This document shows positions 58,847-64,000 of a stretch of 64,000 bases of DNA, in pieces (the stretch's first letter is position 1; the number at the start of each line of letters is the position of its first letter). The notes beneath the pieces are model-generated. The model was given only the letters and a program-made list of their open reading frames with translations. It was not told the DNA's origin and searched no databases. Both the position numbers and the translations under genes were made by a program. The stretch is from an uncultured Pseudomonadales bacterium. GTDB taxonomy: Bacteria; Pseudomonadota; Gammaproteobacteria; Pseudomonadales; UBA7239. The stretch is taken from NCBI GenBank assembly GCA_964403125.1, contig CAYOEO010000005.1, positions 1,280-65,279 on the forward strand, written 5' to 3'.

Positions 58847-61552
58847 ATGAACACAGGGTTAGCGAAGAAAGGTTTAGGCATTCTCTTGAGTGCTTTTTTG
58901 TTCTTAGGCTTGGGTCTGGTGAGCCCAGCTGTGCATGCAGATTACCTTGAGACAGCTTGTGGTACGGATGCTGATGGCGATGGGGTTGCCAATTCTTGGC
59001 GTACTCAAACTTATGGCTCTCCTTGTTATTCCAGTCCGGCTCCTAGCTTAAATGAACCCATTAGCAGAAGTTGCTGGCATTGGTCGGAATGTATGTCTCT
59101 GACCAGAGATAACTGTTTGTCTGTTTCCAACTCTAATCAGTCTGATGTTGACGGCGATGGGGCGGGCGATGTCTGTGATGCATTTCCTAATGATTCCAGT
59201 GAAAAATCTGATTCAGATGGTGATGGTGTTGGAAATAATGCGGATAACTGCAAGCTAATATCAAATGCTTCACAGGTAGATACGGATGGTGATGGCGTTG
59301 GTGATGTTTGTGATGCGTTTCCTAGTGACGCTAGCGAAAGTACTGACACAGATGGCGACGGTGTTGGAAATAATGCGGACGCTTTTCCTAACAATGCTGA
59401 AGCTACTACAGATACGGATGGCGATGGGAAGCCAGACAGCATAAATACGCTGAAGTTGCCCGTTCTGAAGAGCTTTGAATATGGAGCTGGCAGTGGTTGG
59501 ACTTATACATCATCGTATGCAGGTAATCAGTGGAGCGTTGTAGATGGGGCGGCGACTGCATATAACGGCACACATGCACTGCAGTTTTCTATGACGCGTA
59601 ATGCAGCAGGCACTAGTTCTGCTTCATTAATATTGGATTTTAGTGCGGTGTCAGTTGTTTCTTGGTATCAGCGCATTTCGATGAGCAATATTAGTTGGGG
59701 CGGTGTTTGGGCTACTCAAGGAGGTCCTGTTACTCCTACATGCCAAGATGCAGGCAATGGCTGGAACTACTGTGTTGCCCGTGTGACTCCCAGCGCAGAC
59801 GGGAATAAATTTGTTATCTCGGTTAGTTTGAACAATGTTGTTGGTGCCGGCGGCAATATTTGGATTGATGATTTGAGTGTTGGCACACTTGTTGAGGATA
59901 CCGACGATGATAACGACGGCGTTGCTGATACCAGTGACGCATTTCCGCTAGATGCCACCGAATCTGTGGATACGGATAACGACGGCACCGGCAACAACGC
60001 GGACACCGATGATGATGGTGATGGCGTAGCGGATGCTTCTGACGCCTTCCCGCTTGACGCATCTGAATCTCTCGACACCGACGGTGATGGTATAGGCGAC
60101 AACGCAGACAACTGCGCTGCCGTAGCCAATGCCTCGCAAACAGATGCTGACGGCGACGGCATGGGCGATGCCTGTGACAGCACGCCCAACGGCGACACCG
60201 ACAATGACGGCATCGACAACTTGGTCGACAACTGTGCTTCTGTTTCCAACAGCAATCAACTCGACTGGGATAACAACGGCATCGGCGATGCCTGCGATGC
60301 GCCAGTGCCTGTCCCTAGTGATACAGATGGCGCAGCCAAAGCCGAAAAAACCGGCGCAGCGGTGGCGTTTGCCGGTGATTTCGATGGTGATGGCTACGGC
60401 GATTACGTGATCGGCTCGCCGAACTACAGCATTCCTGCTGCGCCGCCTGTCAAAGCGATGATTGGCGCTGGCAAAGCAGAAGTCATTTCTGGCAAAGATG
60501 GCAGCGTGCTTGCTTCAGTTGTTGGCACAGCAGCAAAAGATGCCATGGGTTTTGCAGTCGCGGGTAATGCCGATATTGATCACGATAGTTTTGCCGATGT
60601 GGTGGTGGGTGCACCCAATGCCACTGCCATGCATGTTGGCAAAGTGGTGGTGTTGTACGGTGGCGCAGGCAATCGCAGGCACACCTTCTGGGGTGCAACA
60701 AAAAATACAGGCTTTGGTTCGGCTCTCGCTTTGGGCGATGTGGATGGCGATGACCATGCGGATGTGTTGATCGGCGCGCCAAAAGATAAAAATCCCATAT
60801 CGAATCAAAAAGCGATAGGCAGCGTCACGGTGTATGACGGTGCATCGTTGCAAAGCCGCAAACGCTTTTACGGAAAAACAAGCAATGCCTACGCAGGCAC
60901 TGCTGTGGCAACGGCGGATGTCAATGGCGATGGCTTGGCCGACATTATCGTCGGTGCACCGGGTGAAAGTGGTATGGGCAGCGTGCGTGTGTATAACCAC
61001 AGCGGTACTGAGCTGCTGCAAAAAATGGGCGCAAACAAAAAAGCCCAGTTCGGCAAAGCGGTGGCGAGTGCCGACATCAATCACGATGATCATGCGGACA
61101 TTGTTGTCGGTGCGCCTTTGGATGATGTAGAAACGAATAAAGACGCAGGTAGCATCAGTGTGATCAGCGGCAGCGATGGCAGCCTGTTAACACCAGCAGC
61201 ATTCGGTGCCGTGAAAAAAGCGTGGCTCGGTAGCAGTGTCGCGCTTGCGGATGTAAATGGTGATGGCACGCTCGACATCATCGCCAGCGCGCCGCAAGAC
61301 AACAACGTGCCGACCGCAACAACAAACACAGGCAGCGTTACGGTGTGGAACGGCGCGACTTATGCACCGATCAAAACTGTGTACGGCGATGCCTTTGGTG
61401 ATTTATTTGGCGCAGTCGTGAGCACAGGCGACATCAACAGCGATGGCAAAGCCGACATCCTCATTGGCATGCCCAATAAAGATGTGGAGCTGGAGTCCTC
61501 CGTGCAAAAAGATGCGGGTGGTGTGAAGGTGATTAACGCGACGGCGTTGTAA
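58847..61552 (+). CDS. Secreted multidomain protein: thrombospondin type 3 Ca-binding repeats + beta-sandwich-like module + second TSP3 block + 7 FG-GAP repeats (integrin-alpha-like propeller)
   Basis: The signal peptide ends in AVHA. D-x-D-G-D-G-x-x-D repeats lie at about 59144-59443 and 59879-60298. Seven repeats of the type GDVNGDGLADIIVGAP lie at about 60326-61549. GAGG lies 5 nt upstream of ATG 58847, and the ORF-track start is the GTG at 58844. Confidence 0.8.
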   Translation: MNTGLAKKGLGILLSAFLFLGLGLVSPAVHADYLETACGTDADGDGVANSWRTQTYGSPCYSSPAPSLNEPISRSCWHWSECMSLTRDNCLSVSNSNQSDVDGDGAGDVCDAFPNDSSEKSDSDGDGVGNNADNCKLISNASQVDTDGDGVGDVCDAFPSDASESTDTDGDGVGNNADAFPNNAEATTDTDGDGKPDSINTLKLPVLKSFEYGAGSGWTYTSSYAGNQWSVVDGAATAYNGTHALQFSMTRNAAGTSSASLILDFSAVSVVSWYQRISMSNISWGGVWATQGGPVTPTCQDAGNGWNYCVARVTPSADGNKFVISVSLNNVVGAGGNIWIDDLSVGTLVEDTDDDNDGVADTSDAFPLDATESVDTDNDGTGNNADTDDDGDGVADASDAFPLDASESLDTDGDGIGDNADNCAAVANASQTDADGDGMGDACDSTPNGDTDNDGIDNLVDNCASVSNSNQLDWDNNGIGDACDAPVPVPSDTDGAAKAEKTGAAVAFAGDFDGDGYGDYVIGSPNYSIPAAPPVKAMIGAGKAEVISGKDGSVLASVVGTAAKDAMGFAVAGNADIDHDSFADVVVGAPNATAMHVGKVVVLYGGAGNRRHTFWGATKNTGFGSALALGDVDGDDHADVLIGAPKDKNPISNQKAIGSVTVYDGASLQSRKRFYGKTSNAYAGTAVATADVNGDGLADIIVGAPGESGMGSVRVYNHSGTELLQKMGANKKAQFGKAVASADINHDDHADIVVGAPLDDVETNKDAGSISVISGSDGSLLTPAAFGAVKKAWLGSSVALADVNGDGTLDIIASAPQDNNVPTATTNTGSVTVWNGATYAPIKTVYGDAFGDLFGAVVSTGDINSDGKADILIGMPNKDVELESSVQKDAGGVKVINATAL

Positions 61553-61559
61553 TTGACAG

Positions 61560-62225
61560 TTAACGAGCTAAAAACCCGTGCTCGGCCAAAAAACTTGCCG
61601 TTAATTTTTCGGCGCTATTTTTTTCTGCGGCTTTGTCGCCCAGTAATAAACGCTCTAAATAGCGCGCAATCACATCCACCTCTAGGTTGACGGTGGTTCC
61701 GTTTTTGTACTCGCCGAATAAAGTTTTTTGTTGTGTGTGTGGCACGATGTTTAATTCAAACTCCGCGCCTTCTACTTTGTTCACGGTCAAGCTCACACCA
61801 TCCACACACACGGAGCCTTTGTGTGCGATGTAGCGCGCCAGCTCTGCAGGTGCGCGCAAACGGTAGCGAATGGAGCGTGCATCTGTGTGGATGCTGACAA
61901 TTTCGCCTACGCCATCGACATGGCCGCTGACGATATGTCCACCTAATCGATCACTGGCGCGCAGCGCTTTTTCTAAATTGACGCTGCTGCCATTTTTGAG
62001 TGTGCCCAGCGTGCTGTAATCCAGAGTTTCTACTGAAACATCCGCCCAAAAACCATCACCAGGCAGCGCGACTACCGTGAGGCACACGCCATTGGTGGCG
62101 ATGCTGTCACCGAGAATGACATCGGACAAATCGAGATCAGCGGTGTGGATGCGCAGGCGTTTGTCGCCGTGGCGATTTTCACAGGCGACCAATTTTCCTA
62201 CTGCTTGCACGATGCCGGTAAACAT
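61560..62225 (-). CDS. ribE: Riboflavin synthase (alpha chain)
   Basis: MFTGIVQAVG ... GDSIATNGVCLTV is repeated in the second half (GSVCVDGVSLTV) of a 221-aa protein. Confidence 0.95.
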   Translation of the reverse strand: MFTGIVQAVGKLVACENRHGDKRLRIHTADLDLSDVILGDSIATNGVCLTVVALPGDGFWADVSVETLDYSTLGTLKNGSSVNLEKALRASDRLGGHIVSGHVDGVGEIVSIHTDARSIRYRLRAPAELARYIAHKGSVCVDGVSLTVNKVEGAEFELNIVPHTQQKTLFGEYKNGTTVNLEVDVIARYLERLLLGDKAAEKNSAEKLTASFLAEHGFLAR

Positions 62226-62242
62226 ATTTTTCTCGCTATTTT

Positions 62243-63343
62243 TTAATGAGATTGTTGCGGGCGAAGAATAAAACGCCAGTCATCGCCGATGGCGCACGCA
62301 TCAACAATGTGTAATTTTTTTGCATCGCTCATGGATGCAATCGGTAACTCTAATAAAGGACGCGCGCTGCTGCCCATGAGTTGCGGCGCGATATAAATGA
62401 TCAGCTCATCGACAAGATTTTCTTTTACAAAAGCGCCCGCTAGTGTTGCACCCGCTTCTATCAACACTTCATTGCATTGTCGGCGCCCGAGTTCGGTGAG
62501 CAGTGCTTGCAAGTCAATATGCTTTTCTTTTAACGGCAATGTGCAAGGTGTGATATGTGCAGGTGGTGGATTGATGGTGTTTTTATTGGTGAGCCACAGC
62601 GCCGGCGTTGAGTCAGAAAAAAAAGGAGTGTCGAGCGCAACGCGCGCGTGTTGATCAAGCAACACACGCAAAGGCTGACGGTTGTTGAGCTGCTGCAGCG
62701 CATCGATATTTCGCACCGTGAGCCTCGCGGCGTCGTGCAAAACAGTATCAGCCGAGGTGATGATGGCGCAGCTGCGCGCGCGCAAAAACTGCACATCTTC
62801 ACGCGCCGTTGCACCGGTAATCCATTGCGATTCACCGGAAGCCATTGCGGTGCGCCCGTCCAAACTCATTGCCATTTTTACGCGCACAAAAGGCAAACCC
62901 GTTTGCATGCGTTTGATAAAACCAGCATTCAGCGCGCGTGCTTCTTTTTCTAGGAGAGGGCCATCAACGGCGATACCCGCATCGCGCAATTTTTGTAAAC
63001 CGCGTCCTGCCACTTGTGGGTTGGGATCTTGCATGCCGTGCACCACGCGTGAAACGCCAGCATGGATGAGCGCCTCACAGCAGGGGCCCGTTTTGCCGTG
63101 GTGTGAGCAAGGTTCTAGCGTGACATAAGCTGTCGCGCCGTGTGCGCGTTCACTTGCCTGTTGCAGTGCGTGAATTTCGGCGTGCGCTTCACCGGCTTTT
63201 TGGTGCCAGCCTTCGGCGATGATTTGATTGTCGGCATCCACCAATACACAGCCCACACGCGGATTGGGCGAGGTGCTGCACAGACCGCGCTCTGCCAGTT
63301 GCAGTGCGCGCTTCATGTGTGGAATGTCGTTCGTGATTTGCAT
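62243..63343 (-). CDS. ribD: Bifunctional diaminohydroxyphosphoribosylaminopyrimidine deaminase / 5-amino-6-(5-phosphoribosylamino)uracil reductase
   Basis: The deaminase zinc motifs HAEIHAL and PCSHHGKTGPCC and a C-terminal reductase domain are present. I prefer ATG 63343, 7 nt after the nrdR stop, to the ORF-track start at 63439, which would overlap nrdR by 89 nt. Confidence 0.9.
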   Translation of the reverse strand: MQITNDIPHMKRALQLAERGLCSTSPNPRVGCVLVDADNQIIAEGWHQKAGEAHAEIHALQQASERAHGATAYVTLEPCSHHGKTGPCCEALIHAGVSRVVHGMQDPNPQVAGRGLQKLRDAGIAVDGPLLEKEARALNAGFIKRMQTGLPFVRVKMAMSLDGRTAMASGESQWITGATAREDVQFLRARSCAIITSADTVLHDAARLTVRNIDALQQLNNRQPLRVLLDQHARVALDTPFFSDSTPALWLTNKNTINPPPAHITPCTLPLKEKHIDLQALLTELGRRQCNEVLIEAGATLAGAFVKENLVDELIIYIAPQLMGSSARPLLELPIASMSDAKKLHIVDACAIGDDWRFILRPQQSH

Positions 63344-63350
63344 GGTGCGT

Positions 63351-63809
63351 TTAGTGTTGCTGTGGTTGCAGCTTGTCAATTTCTGCGCGGAATTCATCGA
63401 GATCTTTGAAATCGCGATAGACCGACGCAAAACGCACATAGGCGACTTGATCGAGTTTTCGCAGTTGTTCCATCACTTGCTCACCAATCGTGCGTGAAGA
63501 CAATTCGCGTTCGCCGGTGGCCTGCAATTTGTGTTTGATGTGTGTGAGTGCGGATTCGATGTCTTCCATACTTACGGGGCGTTTTTCCAGCGCCTTTTGC
63601 ATCCCGGCGCGCAATTTGTGCTCATCGAAAGGTACGCGCGAGCCGTCACTTTTGATAATGCGCGGCATCAATAATTCGGCAACTTCGTAAGTGGTGAAGC
63701 GTTCGTGGCAGGTGAGGCATTCGCGACGGCGGCGCACTTGATCGCCTTCGGCGACGAGGCGCGAATCGATGACCTTGGTGTCTGTTTCAGCGCAAAACGG
63801 GCAGTGCAT
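63351..63809 (-). CDS. nrdR: Transcriptional repressor NrdR
   Basis: A zinc ribbon (MHCPFC ... CLTC) and an ATP-cone are present in a 152-aa protein. The nrdR-ribD linkage is conserved. Confidence 0.95.
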   Translation of the reverse strand: MHCPFCAETDTKVIDSRLVAEGDQVRRRRECLTCHERFTTYEVAELLMPRIIKSDGSRVPFDEHKLRAGMQKALEKRPVSMEDIESALTHIKHKLQATGERELSSRTIGEQVMEQLRKLDQVAYVRFASVYRDFKDLDEFRAEIDKLQPQQH

Positions 63810-63863
63810 GACCTAGGGATCCTTGTTCTACAATGGCGATGATTGTAACGGTGAAAATCAGCT

Positions 63864-64000
63864 ATGACAGAGACGAGCCACTTTTTTGCCTATCTCAGCA
63901 AGTTGCGCTGGATAGAACGCTGGGGCATGAAGCGCAATGCGATTCGTGAAAATGTGATGGAGCACAGTTTTGAAGTGGCGGCGGTAGCACACGCCTTGGG
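63864..64000 (+). CDS. yfbR: 5'-deoxynucleotidase YfbR-like HD-domain protein, 3'-partial (runs off window edge)
   Basis: My own translation from ATG 63864 gives [45 protein letters not shown]. It is collinear with the E. coli YfbR N-terminus (SHFFAHLSRLK ... RW ... ENV.EHS). Confidence 0.7.
   Translation, partial: MTETSHFFAYLSKLRWIERWGMKRNAIRENVMEHSFEVAAVAHAL

Noticed and set aside
58735-58950. 71-aa ORF starting at GTG 58735 that reads through the G10 tract; considered as a frameshift-switchable leader of the 902-aa gene
   Set aside because: I translated the main frame backwards from 58844. TGA at 58802-58804 blocks any fusion after a -1 or +2 slip, so translational phase variation by ORF fusion is not supported.
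59137-61093. Several 100-190-aa minus-strand ORFs (59137-59442, 59767-60255, 59948-60259, 60515-61093) inside the TSP3/FG-GAP gene
   Set aside because: These are shadow ORFs produced by the stop-poor GAT/GGC repeat composition. Their translations are low-complexity (S/P/A-rich or His/Arg-rich), and the plus frame carries coherent domain repeats.
62226-63350. FMN riboswitch upstream of ribD/ribE
   Set aside because: ribD starts 7 nt after nrdR and ribE 18 nt after ribD, which leaves no room for an RFN element. The genes appear co-transcribed with nrdR.
63344-63439. Extended ribD N-terminus ([19 protein letters not shown]...) from the ORF-track start
   Set aside because: It would overlap nrdR by 89 nt and adds non-conserved residues. 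ATG 63343 gives the conserved MQITNDIPHMKRAL..AERG start 7 nt after the nrdR stop.

Overview
This is a 64-kb chromosomal window from a gammaproteobacterium. The gene order is gacS<>cysM-relA, adk-hemH, mrcA<>pilMNOPQ-aroK-aroB-SPOR-gltBD-hemE, epmB<>efp-epmA, dapA-bamC-MBL-purC and nrdR-ribD-ribE. That order resembles Pseudomonadales, Cellvibrionales or Oceanospirillales genomes, but the exact taxon cannot be decided by eye. I can support about 55 protein-coding genes. I recognised no rRNA, tRNA, CRISPR array, IS element, transposase or integrase. Most of the window is conserved housekeeping and type IV pilus biogenesis.

The most unusual part is a tightly packed nine-gene chemosensory operon on the minus strand (45328-55172):
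- Its order is cheY, cheX, cheR, a triple-CheW scaffold, a CheB-type receiver-only protein, a CheA with a degenerate ATP-lid G2 box, a degenerate CheW-like protein, cheB, and a 975-aa CheA carrying extra His-less Hpt-like modules.
- It encodes no methyl-accepting chemotaxis protein and no recognisable output domain.
- It is divergent from a 545-aa uncharacterised protein with a possible split PilZ-like C-terminus.

Other points of interest:
- A 902-aa secreted protein combines thrombospondin type 3 repeats with a seven-repeat FG-GAP (integrin-alpha-like) region, and a G10 homopolymer lies upstream of it.
- An HD-GYP gene and a FimX-like degenerate REC-PAS-GGDEF-EAL gene are convergent.
- An mprF-acvB aminoacyl-phosphatidylglycerol pair sits next to a SAM methyltransferase.
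- Three proteins carry repeat-encoded low-complexity segments: a Lys/Ala-rich H1-like protein, the PilO tail and the N/G/Y tail of an OmpA-like lipoprotein.
- Two tandem paralogous GT-A glycosyltransferases lie at the left edge.

All calls rest on reading the translated ORFs and the DNA by eye. No database search or computation was run.
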